Assembly (NCBI GenBank): GCA_963555985.3
Contig: OY820591.1
Coordinates: forward strand, 2,784,001 to 2,848,000
Source of the DNA: Dehalococcoidia bacterium
GTDB taxonomy: Bacteria; Chloroflexota; Dehalococcoidia; Bin125
Direction of reading: 5' to 3'
DNA: 64,000 bases
The translations under genes and the position numbers were made by a program. Positions 55,343 to 64,000 of the stretch are shown piece by piece; the stretch's first letter is position 1; each line of letters starts with the position of its first letter. Below the pieces are notes generated by a model. That model had not been told where the DNA came from, did no database searches, and saw only the letters and a list, made by a program, of their open reading frames with translations.

Positions 55343-55831
55343 ATGGCATATGAGATCGCGGCGGCGGGCGCGGAAGCTGCGCCGGAGGTGATCGAGCTGA
55401 TCCACCGGGTGTTCGACGAGTACGGGTTCACCTGGGAGCCGGAGGAGGAGTTCTGGGATTTCCTGGGCGACAGGTATCCGTATGCGCCGCCGACTGGTCA
55501 GTTGTGGGTGATGCGGGACGAGGCGGGGACGGTGGTGGGTTCGATTGCGGCGGAGCTGATTGAGGAGGGGGTTGCGGAGTTGCATCGGTTGTATCTGGAC
55601 GCGGAGTTGCGGGGGCGGGGGTTGGGGCGGGCGCTGCTGCGGACGGGCGAGGAGTGGGCGGCAGCGCAGGGTTGCGAGCGGGTGGTGCTGTGGAGCGACA
55701 CGGAGTTTGCGGAGGCGCATCGGTTGTATGAGCGGAGCGGGTATGCGCGGACGGGCGAGCGGTCGTTGGCGGATGTGAACGAGACGGTGGAGTGGCGGTA
55801 TGAGCGGGGGTTGTCGGTGGGTGAGCGCTGA
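55343..55831 (+). CDS. GNAT family N-acetyltransferase
   Basis: ELHRLYLDAELRGRGLGRALL, AHRLYERSGY. Confidence 0.9.
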   Translation: MAYEIAAAGAEAAPEVIELIHRVFDEYGFTWEPEEEFWDFLGDRYPYAPPTGQLWVMRDEAGTVVGSIAAELIEEGVAELHRLYLDAELRGRGLGRALLRTGEEWAAAQGCERVVLWSDTEFAEAHRLYERSGYARTGERSLADVNETVEWRYERGLSVGER

Positions 55832-55926
55832 TTTTGAGCACGGTAGGGACTGGGCGGTCGCGGTTCGCGGCCTGACGGGGGCTGTGAGAAAAAAACGAGA
55901 TGGGGTCGCCGCTTGCGGTCGGGGGG

Positions 55927-56283
55927 TTACTGCGGCTCTTCCTCTTCCTCGAGGCTGTCGTCGTCGTCCGGCAGGGGCACGTCTTCGCCGCGCATGAGGG
56001 CCACGGCGATGGCGTGCGGGTGCAGGTGGAGCTCCTTCTTCTGCTCGGAAGTGAGCGGGGCTTCGGGCAGTCTGGGGGAGTGGTTGGCTCGGGGTTTGGG
56101 GGATGGCTCGGGATGGGGTTCGAGGTCGAGCGCGTGGTGGATCTCGCGGGTCTTGGCGTTGGAGGGGGAGAGTTCGCGGATAAGGAGGGCGAGCGCTTTG
56201 ATGCGGACGTGGCCGGCTTCGTTGGAGTGGGCGAGTTGGCCGACGCCGGTCATGCTGGACTGGTAGGTGTGGGGGAAGGGCAT
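55927..56283 (-). CDS. Orphan hypothetical protein (118 aa)
   Basis: RBS gaaagga before ATG 56283; MPFPHTYQSS...ALMRGEDVPLPDDDD. Confidence 0.6.
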   Translation of the reverse strand: MPFPHTYQSSMTGVGQLAHSNEAGHVRIKALALLIRELSPSNAKTREIHHALDLEPHPEPSPKPRANHSPRLPEAPLTSEQKKELHLHPHAIAVALMRGEDVPLPDDDDSLEEEEEPQ

Positions 56284-56302
56284 GGGGCTGTTCCTTTCTT
56301 GG

Positions 56303-56345
56303 GAACCTACGTTTCGGATAGGTGAGTTTATATGTTCTGATGTTC
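56303..56345 (-). promoter_or_regulatory. Putative promoter: GAAC-ATCA-GAAC, -10 TAAACT (56325-56330), second box GAAC-CTAC-GTTT (plus strand, 56303-56314)
   Basis: Same layout as 14791-14829. Confidence 0.5.
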
Positions 56346-56401
56346 GGGTGGGTAATTTGGGAGTGTGTTGTGGTTGTCGGTTTGGGGGTTGGGTGCTGGT
56401 C

Positions 56402-56672
56402 ACGGCGAGATACCCGCGACGGAGCGCGGGTATGACGGAAGTGGGGGCGGGGAGGGAGGTGCGGGGCGTCTGTGCTGGGTGTGGCGTTTCACCCCCTCTG
56501 CTCCTTTGGGGCATCTCCCCCTTGAGGGAGAGAGGTTTCTTGGGGGAGATTGGGGAGGTGGGGTTGGGGGTTGATAGTGCTCACATCGAGATACCCGCGA
56601 CGGGGCGCGGGTATGACGGAGCTCTGGGCGCAGGGATGGCGGAGTTGGTTGGGCATGGGTATGACGGAGTGG
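56402..56672. repeat. Repeat cluster: two REPs (56402-56436, 56587-56617), double-hairpin copy (56492-56535), degenerate tandem foot repeats
   Basis: gagatacccgcgacggRgcgcgggtatgac twice; foot units at 56605, 56628 and 56653. Confidence 0.85.
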
Positions 56673-56797
56673 TGGGTTGAAGAGGGCAGAAGTGGGGGTA
56701 GGCGTTGACCATCTGATTGGGGTGCGGGTACGATCCCGATGCATCGCTGGTGCCGCCTTGCACGGAGTTGGGGGCGTCGGCGGGTGCGGAGGATGAT

Positions 56798-57184
56798 GTG
56801 TCGGAGCTGTTTGAGAACTATGGCGCGGTGCTGGTGGCGATCCCGGTAGGGATCATGCTGGTGCTGACGGCGCTGTTGGCGACGAAGCTGCTGGCTCCGC
56901 AGCGGCGGACGGCGCTGAAGGGTCAGGTCTACGAGTGCGGGATGCTGCCGATTGGGCGGAACTGGGCGCAGGTGCATGTGCGTTACTACACGTATGCGCT
57001 GCTGTTTCTGGTGTTTGACGTGGAGGTGGTGTTCCTGTTCCCGTGGGCGGTCTCGTTCCTGGGCTTGATTGACGCCGACTTGGGCAAGGTGATTTTGTGG
57101 CAGATGGTGCTGTTCATCGGCACGCTGCTGGTCGCGCTCGCCTACGCCTGGCGCAAGGGCGTGTTCGATTGGAAGAGCAACTGA
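56798..57184 (+). CDS. nuoA: NADH-quinone oxidoreductase subunit A
   Basis: [32 protein letters not shown]; RBS ggagga before GTG. Confidence 0.95.
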   Translation: MSELFENYGAVLVAIPVGIMLVLTALLATKLLAPQRRTALKGQVYECGMLPIGRNWAQVHVRYYTYALLFLVFDVEVVFLFPWAVSFLGLIDADLGKVILWQMVLFIGTLLVALAYAWRKGVFDWKSN

Positions 57185-57185
57185 G

Positions 57186-57761
57186 ATGACCACACAACAA
57201 CCGCCCGGGCAGATGGGGGATCCGACGCCGGTGATCATCTCGCCGGAATCGCTGCGCTTGCAGGCGATCGACGACGCGCCGCCGGTGGTGCCCTACAAAA
57301 TGGTGCTGCCGGGAGTGATGCAGGCTCCGGCGGAGGCGTTGATCTCGGCGGCGCGGAAGTCGTCGCTGTGGCCGATGACGTTCGGTCTGGCTTGCTGCGC
57401 GATCGAGATGATCGCGACTTATATGGCAAATCACGATCTTGACCGGTTCGGGATCGTGCCCTGGCCATCGCCGCGGCAGTCGGACGTGATGATCGTGGCG
57501 GGGACGGTGACGAAGAAGATGGCACCGGCGGTGAAGCTGCTCTACGAGCAGATGCCGCATCCGAAGTGGGTGATTTCGATGGGCGCGTGCGCGACCAACG
57601 GGGGGCCGTACACGCAGTACGACCGAGTGGTGCAGGGGGTGGACAACATCGTGCCGGTGGATGTGTATGTGCCGGGGTGTCCGCCGCGGCCGGAGGCGCT
57701 GATTGACGGTCTGCTGGCGTTGCAGGAGAAGATCGTCGAAGAGCGGTCGCGGGGATACTGA
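57186..57761 (+). CDS. nuoB: NADH-quinone oxidoreductase subunit B
   Basis: [25 protein letters not shown]. Confidence 0.97.
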   Translation: MTTQQPPGQMGDPTPVIISPESLRLQAIDDAPPVVPYKMVLPGVMQAPAEALISAARKSSLWPMTFGLACCAIEMIATYMANHDLDRFGIVPWPSPRQSDVMIVAGTVTKKMAPAVKLLYEQMPHPKWVISMGACATNGGPYTQYDRVVQGVDNIVPVDVYVPGCPPRPEALIDGLLALQEKIVEERSRGY

Positions 57762-57773
57762 GGCAGACGGGTT

Positions 57774-58790
57774 ATGACCACACGCCGCCGCCGCGCCGCC
57801 GACGATCCGCCCGCCGTGCTTGAGCCGCCGCCGGGCTCCATTGCGGACACGTACCGGTTGGTGATGCCGCTGATTCCGTTTGAGGCGGTGCTGACCAAGG
57901 GCGACGATGTGGCGTTGACGATTTCGGCGGACGCGATTCACGAGGTGTTGGAGCGGGGCCGGGACGACTCGCGTTTGCAGATGAATCTGCTGCGCAACCT
58001 GACGGCGGTGGATTGGCCGCAGCGCGAGCCCGAGGGCGGCTTGGAGTTGGTGTATCACCTGTATTCGATTCCGCTGCGGCAGGCGGTGACGATCAAGTCG
58101 TGGCTGCCCTCGGAGGGGGCGGTGGTGGAATCGGTGACGGATCTCTACCGGATGGCGGACTGGGCGGAGCGCGAGTGCCGCGAGATGTTCGGGATCGAGT
58201 TTGTGGGGCATCCGGATCCGCGCAACCTGTTGCTGGATGAGGATTTGGACATCCATCCGCTGCGGAAGAGTCATCCGCTGGCCCCGGTCGAGATCGAGCA
58301 GGGTGTGGATGTTGAGTTCTTTACGAAGCAGTACCCGCCGGAGGAGCCGGAGGTTGCGCAGGAGGAGGAAGCGGCGGCTGAATCGCAGGCGGCTGCACCG
58401 GAGCGTCGTCGCTTGGAGGATATGACGGAAGAGGAGCGGGAGGCGCGTCGGGCGGAACAGGCGGAACGGGTGCGTCTTGCGCGCGAGTTGGCTGCGGTGC
58501 GTCGGGCGGAACGGTTGGCGGGCGCGCCGCCAGCGGGCGGCCCTCGTCCCGAGGGGGCGGCGCCGCCGCCGCGTCCAGAGCCGGCTGCTGCTCCTGCGGC
58601 TCCCGCAGCGGCTGCGGCGGCACCGTCGGCGCCGGCTGCGGATCGTCCGCCGGCACCGCCGCCGCCGGAGTTGCCGACGATTCCAGACGCCGAAGAGGAC
58701 CCGGAAGGCCGCGCTGCGGCGCAGGCCGAGCGGGTTCGGATCGGTCGCGAGCTGGCCGCCGCACGGCGGGCCCAGTTGCGGGGCGAGTAG
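57774..58790 (+). CDS. nuoC: NADH-quinone oxidoreductase subunit C with long C-terminal extension
   Basis: LTAVDW, WAERECREMFGIEFVGHP, HPLRK. Confidence 0.92.
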   Translation: MTTRRRRAADDPPAVLEPPPGSIADTYRLVMPLIPFEAVLTKGDDVALTISADAIHEVLERGRDDSRLQMNLLRNLTAVDWPQREPEGGLELVYHLYSIPLRQAVTIKSWLPSEGAVVESVTDLYRMADWAERECREMFGIEFVGHPDPRNLLLDEDLDIHPLRKSHPLAPVEIEQGVDVEFFTKQYPPEEPEVAQEEEAAAESQAAAPERRRLEDMTEEEREARRAEQAERVRLARELAAVRRAERLAGAPPAGGPRPEGAAPPPRPEPAAAPAAPAAAAAAPSAPAADRPPAPPPPELPTIPDAEEDPEGRAAAQAERVRIGRELAAARRAQLRGE

Positions 58791-58801
58791 GGAGAGGGCC
58801 G

Positions 58802-59965
58802 ATGGTTCAGCGAGTCGTCGAGGGCGAAGTACTGACCGAACCGGTGGTGATCGAGCGCGAGTTCGAGACCGTCGATATGAACATCAACATCGGGCCGCAG
58901 CATCCGGCCACGCACGGGGTGTTCCGGATGGTGCTGACGGTGGACGGGGAGATCGTGAAGGACGCGATTCCGTACATCGGCTATATGCACCGGGGCGGGG
59001 AGAAGCTGTCGGAGAATCTGGATTACCGAGGGGCGCTGGGGTATCAGGATCGGACGGATTATCTGGCGGCGTTCAACTCGGAGTGGGTGTACGTGAACGC
59101 GGTCGAGCGTCTGGCAGGGATCGAGATTCCGGAGCGGGCGGAGTATGTACGGCTGATTTTGGCGGAGTTCAACCGTCTGCTCTCGCACTTCATGTTCATG
59201 GGCGCGTTCGGGACGGATGTGGGCTATTTCGGGACGGCGTTCACGTGGACGTTCAAGGAGCGGGAGCGGATTCAGGACTTGTTCGAGGCGGTCTGCGGCG
59301 ACCGGATCATGTACAACTACTTCCGCGTGGGGGGGCTGGCCTGGGATGTGCACGAGACATTCGTGGCGGACTCGCACTGGGTGCTGGATCAGGTGGAGAC
59401 GGGGATCGGGGACGTTGACGATTTGATGACGGACAACGAGGTGTTCGTCGCGCGCTGCCGCGACGTGGGCGTGATGTCGGCGGAAGATGCGATCAACTAC
59501 GGGGTGACGGGTCCGATGCTGCGGGCGTCGGGGGTGCCGTTCGACCTGCGCGTGGACGAGCCGTACTCGATCTACGACCGCTTCTACTGGGAGATCCCGG
59601 TGGGCGAGCGGGGGGATGTGTACGACCGCTACCTGGTGCGGCTGGAGGAGATGCGGCAGTCGGTGACGATCTTGCGTCAGGCGCTAGATCAGATGCCGAC
59701 GTCGGGGCCGATCATGGCAGAGCGATTGCCGGCGCGGTTGCGGCCGGAGCCCGGTGAGATTTATATGCGGCAGGAGAATCCGCGGGGTGAATACGGGATC
59801 TACATGGTCTCGGACGGGACGGACAAGCCGTGGCGGGTGAAGATGCGCTCGCCCTGTTTCCACAATCTGTCGTCGCTGAAGCCGCAGGTGTTGGGTTCGT
59901 ATCTGGCGGATGCGGTGGTGGCTTTGGGTTCGATCGACATCGTGCTGTGCGAGGTAGACCGCTGA
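58802..59965 (+). CDS. nuoD: NADH-quinone oxidoreductase subunit D
   Basis: NIGPQHPATHGV, GYMHRG, TGPMLRASG, ENPRGE, EVDR. Confidence 0.96.
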   Translation: MVQRVVEGEVLTEPVVIEREFETVDMNINIGPQHPATHGVFRMVLTVDGEIVKDAIPYIGYMHRGGEKLSENLDYRGALGYQDRTDYLAAFNSEWVYVNAVERLAGIEIPERAEYVRLILAEFNRLLSHFMFMGAFGTDVGYFGTAFTWTFKERERIQDLFEAVCGDRIMYNYFRVGGLAWDVHETFVADSHWVLDQVETGIGDVDDLMTDNEVFVARCRDVGVMSAEDAINYGVTGPMLRASGVPFDLRVDEPYSIYDRFYWEIPVGERGDVYDRYLVRLEEMRQSVTILRQALDQMPTSGPIMAERLPARLRPEPGEIYMRQENPRGEYGIYMVSDGTDKPWRVKMRSPCFHNLSSLKPQVLGSYLADAVVALGSIDIVLCEVDR

Positions 59966-60088
59966 TGCGGCGGCGCAATCGGCCGCGGATCATGGCGCGT
60001 AGCGGCGCGAGGGAGTATCACGGTCTAGCCCGTGTGCGCGCTAGGGCGCGTTTGCGGGGAGCGCGAATGAGTCAGAGGACGGGGCGCG

Positions 60089-61312
60089 ATGCCTGATCTG
60101 GTACTCAGCGAATTCGCCGGGGTGGCGATGCCCGACTGGATTGATGCGCTGTTGCGGATCATCTTCATCGTGGCGCTGATGACGATCAATGCGTTCGCGC
60201 TGATCTATCTGGAGCGGAAGATTCTGGCGCGCTGGCAGGCGCGGGTGGGGCCGACGCGGACGGGGCCGATCGGGACGCTGCAATCGATTGCGGACGCGCT
60301 GAAGCTGGTAACGAAGGAAGATGTGCGGCCGGTTACGGCGGATCGCTGGGCGTTTGAGCTTGCGCCCTACATCGCGTTCGTGCCGGTCTTCCTGATCTTC
60401 GTGCCGATGCCGTTCACGGAGACGTGGTTCATCCGCGACCTGAATTTGGGGTTGCTCTACGTGTTCGGAGTGCTGGGGTTGAACATCGTCGGGGTGGTGA
60501 TGGCGGCCTGGGGATCGGACAACAAGTATGCGCTGTTGGGCGGGGTGCGGGCGGCGGCGCAGGCGATCTCGTATGAGATTCCGATCCTGCTGATCATCGT
60601 CGCGGTGGTGATGGTGGCGGCCGGGCGGATGATGGCGGCGGACGGGGACGTGTCGCTGGCGATGAGCATCAACGGGATCGTCGGCGACCAGCGGACGACG
60701 CCCTACATCCTGTTGCAGCCGCTGGGCTTCGTGATTTTCCTGATTGGCGCACTGGCTGAGCTGCATCGACCGCCGTTCGACATGCCGATTGCCGAGTCGG
60801 AGGTCGTAGGCGGGTATTTCGTGGAGTACAGCGGGATGCGCTGGGGGATGTTCTTCCTGGCCGAGTACACGGCGCTGTTCTTGGTGGTGCTGCTGGCCTC
60901 GTCGCTGTTCCTGGGCGGCTGGAACTGGCCGTTTGGGACGGATTTGGGTCTGGGCTGGCAGATTGTGCTGACGTTAGTGAAGACGTCGGTGCTGATCGTG
61001 ATGGTGATCAGCTCGCGAGCGCTGTTCCCGCGTCTGCGGATTGACCAGCTGATGGCCTTCTCCTGGAAGGTGCTGCTGCCGTTCGCGATCGTGCAGGTGA
61101 TTGCGAACGGGATCATCCTCGCCTACGGCGGGCCGGATTGGGTGGTGGGTCTGGTCTCGTTTGCGCTCTTGGTGGCGCTCTCGGGGCTGGTGTTCGTGCT
61201 GATGCGTCAGCGGAAGGGCGAGGGCGCGCGCACTGTTTCGACCACGCCGGCCACGCCGCGCGTGATTACAGGCCGAGAAGCGACGCCGGTCGAAGCCGGC
61301 GGCGGCGACTAG
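60089..61312 (+). CDS. nuoH: NADH-quinone oxidoreductase subunit H
   Basis: ERKILARWQARVGP, ADALKLVTKE, AQAISYE, RPPFDMPIAESE, PRLRIDQL. Confidence 0.96.
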   Translation: MPDLVLSEFAGVAMPDWIDALLRIIFIVALMTINAFALIYLERKILARWQARVGPTRTGPIGTLQSIADALKLVTKEDVRPVTADRWAFELAPYIAFVPVFLIFVPMPFTETWFIRDLNLGLLYVFGVLGLNIVGVVMAAWGSDNKYALLGGVRAAAQAISYEIPILLIIVAVVMVAAGRMMAADGDVSLAMSINGIVGDQRTTPYILLQPLGFVIFLIGALAELHRPPFDMPIAESEVVGGYFVEYSGMRWGMFFLAEYTALFLVVLLASSLFLGGWNWPFGTDLGLGWQIVLTLVKTSVLIVMVISSRALFPRLRIDQLMAFSWKVLLPFAIVQVIANGIILAYGGPDWVVGLVSFALLVALSGLVFVLMRQRKGEGARTVSTTPATPRVITGREATPVEAGGGD

Positions 61313-61331
61313 AGCGCGGAGAGGAGCCGAG

Positions 61332-61847
61332 GTGGACGACGGCGTAACCGCGACTCAGGTCGTGTTCTGGATTCTGGCGGTGGTGATGCTGCTCTCGGCG
61401 GTCGGCGTCGTGACGGCGGGGAACATCGTCTATGCGGCGCTGTTCTTCATCGCCTCGCTGGCGGGGGTCGCGGGGATCTATCTGATTCTGACGGTCGAGT
61501 TCATCGCGCTGGTGCAGCTGCTGATCTACGGCTCGGCGGTGGTGATTCTGATTCTGTTCGCACTGATGCTGACGCGGGCGCGGGAGCGGCCGCAGGCGCT
61601 GTTCGGGCGCAGCCGTCCGCTGGGGATCGCGGCCGCATTGGGTCTGCTGGCGGCGCTGATCGGCGGGATTGTGGCGACGACCTGGACGACGCCGGCGTCA
61701 TCGTCGGCGATTGAGCCGGTGGGACTGCAAGCGATTGGAGACGTGATTTTCACGGTCTGGATCGTGCCCTTCATCATCGTGGGGGTGCTGCTCTCGATTG
61801 CGCTCGACGGAGCAATCATGCTCGCGCAGCCGGACGAGGACGAATAG
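61332..61847 (+). CDS. nuoJ: NADH-quinone oxidoreductase subunit J
   Basis: NIVYAALF, EFIALVQLLIYGSAVVILILFALML. Confidence 0.92.
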   Translation: MDDGVTATQVVFWILAVVMLLSAVGVVTAGNIVYAALFFIASLAGVAGIYLILTVEFIALVQLLIYGSAVVILILFALMLTRARERPQALFGRSRPLGIAAALGLLAALIGGIVATTWTTPASSSAIEPVGLQAIGDVIFTVWIVPFIIVGVLLSIALDGAIMLAQPDEDE

Positions 61848-62162
61848 ATGCCGGCGCTTGAACACATCCTGGTGGTCAACGCGATTCTGTTCGCCATCGG
61901 CGCGATGGGCGTGCTCACGCGCCGGAACGCGGTGCTGATTCTGCTCTCGGTGGAGCTGATGCTGAACGCGGTCTCGCTGAACATGGTCGCGTTCGCGGTC
62001 TACGGACACGTGGATTTCGGCAACATCACCGGGATCATTTTCGCCTTTTTCATCATCGTCGTGGCGGCGGCCGAAGTCGCGTTGGCGCTGGGGATCGTGG
62101 TGCGCACGTTCCGCAACCGCGCGACCGCCAACGTCGACGAAGTCGATTTGTTGAAGTGGTAG
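61848..62162 (+). CDS. nuoK: NADH-quinone oxidoreductase subunit K
   Basis: RRNAVLILLSVELMLNA, VAAAEVALAL. Confidence 0.96.
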   Translation: MPALEHILVVNAILFAIGAMGVLTRRNAVLILLSVELMLNAVSLNMVAFAVYGHVDFGNITGIIFAFFIIVVAAAEVALALGIVVRTFRNRATANVDEVDLLKW

Positions 62163-62171
62163 GGGGCGCTG

Positions 62172-64000
62172 ATGATCTGGGCTGATCATGCGTGGATTCT
62201 GCCGGCGATTCCGGCGATCGCGTTCGTGATTCTGTTCGCGTTCGGGCGCTATCTGCCGCGCGGGGGCGACTTCATCTCGGTGGGCGCGATCTTCGCCGTG
62301 TTCGTGCTGTTCTTCTTCGTGCTGGAGTCGCACCTGGACTGGTTGGGCGGCGGACTGGGCGGGATTCGCAACGTGGGCACGGACTGGATTCGGTTCGACG
62401 ACTTTGTGGTGCGGCTGGGCTTCACCGTGGACTCGATCGCGATGGTGATGGTGTTCGTGGTGGCGACGGTCGCGCTGATGGTGAATCTGTATTCGACGAG
62501 CTATCTGCGCCATCACGGGAAGCCGGAGCCGCGCTACTGGTGGTATTTCGCGGTGCTGTCGCTGTTTGTGGCGGCGATGCTGACGCTGGTGCTGGCGGAC
62601 AACCTGTTGCTGATGTTCGTCGCCTGGGAGGGCGTGGGGTTGTGCTCGTTCCTGCTGATCGGCTTTTACTACGAGCGGCGCTCGGCGGTTGAGGCGGCGA
62701 AGAAGGCGTTCGTGACCACGCGCCTGGGCGACGTAGGGCTCTTTATCGGGATCATTCTGTTCTGGCGGGCGACCGGCTCGTTCCAGATTTCGGACATCAT
62801 CGCCGCGGCCGAAGCGGGGCGGGTGAACGACCTGGCTCCGGTGATGGGCGACGGTTATCTGACGCTGGCGACGCTGATGGTGTTCCTGGGCGCGGCGGGG
62901 AAGTCGGCGCAGGTGCCGTTCCACGTCTGGCTGCCGGACGCGATGGAAGGCCCGACGCCGGTCTCGGCGCTGATTCACGCGGCGACGATGGTGGTGGCGG
63001 GGGTGTACCTGGTAGCTCGCTTGCTGCCGGTGTTCGAGGTCGCGGGCGGGGCGGCGAACGTGGTGCTGGCGGTTGGTCTGATTACGGCGCTGCTGGCGGG
63101 GATGATGGCGCTGGCGCAGAACGACATCAAGCGCGTGCTGGCGTATTCGACGGTGAGCCAGCTCGGGTTCATGTTCGTGGCCTTGGGCGTGGGCGCAGTG
63201 GGCGTGGCGATGTTCCACTTACTCACGCACGCCTTTTTCAAGGCGTGTCTGTTCTTGGGTTCCGGCTCGGTGATTCACATGACCGAGGAGCAAGACGCGC
63301 GGCGTCTGGGCGGTCTCTGGTGGCGAATGCCGGTGACGGCCTCGACCTTCATCATTTCCTCGGTGGCGCTGGCGGGGATTCCGCCCTTGAGCGGGTTCTT
63401 CTCCAAGGACGAGATCTTCATTGCGACGCTGGGCGGCGCGAACACGGCGGTGGCGATCCTGTTGGGCGTGGCCGCGTTCTTGTCGGCGCTGTATATGGCG
63501 CGGCTGGTGATCATCACGTTCTTCGGGCCGCCGAAGGTGATGGCGGTGATCCGGCGAGCGCGCGAGGCGGATCCGATCATCTTGTTCCCGCTGGTGTTCC
63601 TGACCGTGTTGACGTTCCTGGTGGGCTTCGTCGCTTTCGATCAGGTGGGCGACGCGCTTGGCTTCCCGGGCGGGATCAACAGCTACATCTACTTCCCGGA
63701 GCCGGAGAGCTTCCACTTCTCGAACTCGATTGCGGCGGTGACGGGGACGGTGTCGCTGCTGGGCTTCCTGACGGCGTGGTGGTTCTTCTGGGGCAAGAAC
63801 TCGCATCGGGCCGAGGCGGTGCGGCAGTTCCAGCCGCGCCTGGCGGCGGTGGTGGAGAACAAGTTCTACTTCGACGAGGCCTACCAATGGGCGATCGACC
63901 GCGCGGTCTTGCCGCTGGCGCGGGTGGTGGCCTGGTTCGACCGGATGGTAGTGAACGACACGGGGATCAACGCCCCGGCCGACGCAACGCGGTACGCGGC
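62172..64000 (+). CDS. nuoL: NADH-quinone oxidoreductase subunit L (runs off window end)
   Basis: Manual translation MIWADHAWILPAIP...WEGVGLCSFLLIGFY...GKSAQVPFHVWLPDAMEGPTPVSALIHAATMV...HAFFKACLFL. Confidence 0.95.
   Translation, partial: MIWADHAWILPAIPAIAFVILFAFGRYLPRGGDFISVGAIFAVFVLFFFVLESHLDWLGGGLGGIRNVGTDWIRFDDFVVRLGFTVDSIAMVMVFVVATVALMVNLYSTSYLRHHGKPEPRYWWYFAVLSLFVAAMLTLVLADNLLLMFVAWEGVGLCSFLLIGFYYERRSAVEAAKKAFVTTRLGDVGLFIGIILFWRATGSFQISDIIAAAEAGRVNDLAPVMGDGYLTLATLMVFLGAAGKSAQVPFHVWLPDAMEGPTPVSALIHAATMVVAGVYLVARLLPVFEVAGGAANVVLAVGLITALLAGMMALAQNDIKRVLAYSTVSQLGFMFVALGVGAVGVAMFHLLTHAFFKACLFLGSGSVIHMTEEQDARRLGGLWWRMPVTASTFIISSVALAGIPPLSGFFSKDEIFIATLGGANTAVAILLGVAAFLSALYMARLVIITFFGPPKVMAVIRRAREADPIILFPLVFLTVLTFLVGFVAFDQVGDALGFPGGINSYIYFPEPESFHFSNSIAAVTGTVSLLGFLTAWWFFWGKNSHRAEAVRQFQPRLAAVVENKFYFDEAYQWAIDRAVLPLARVVAWFDRMVVNDTGINAPADATRYA

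Noticed and set aside
58802-59965. Group 4 NiFe-hydrogenase large subunit instead of NuoD
   Set aside because: No CxxC nickel-binding motifs; the quinone-site His and Tyr motifs are present

Overview
High-GC bacterial chromosome segment, most consistent with a Chloroflexota (Dehalococcoidia/SAR202-like) genome. This is inferred from RpoB/RpoC style and insertions, tandem F420/flavin oxidoreductases and a Complex I operon without NuoEFG. Core content: rpoB-rpoC, groES-groEL with a CIRCE operator, prs, secA, valS, tsaD, rsmE, nuoA-B-C-D-H-J-K-L(partial), two convergent MoxR/DUF58 operons and an F420/flavin catabolic cluster. Intergenic DNA is dense with several families of REP-like palindromes (GTCA-footed) that form doublets, carry nested 23-25 bp hairpin inserts and grow 23-bp tandem arrays. 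An IS30 element sits inside one REP with a 3-bp duplication and takes its transposase stop codon from the REP. The most unusual signal is four dispersed, REP-adjacent orphan units with C/A-rich sense strands that share a promoter layout with LexA-type GAAC-N4-GTTC boxes around the -10 element. No rRNA, tRNA or CRISPR array was recognised. All calls are from manual reading; no searches were run.
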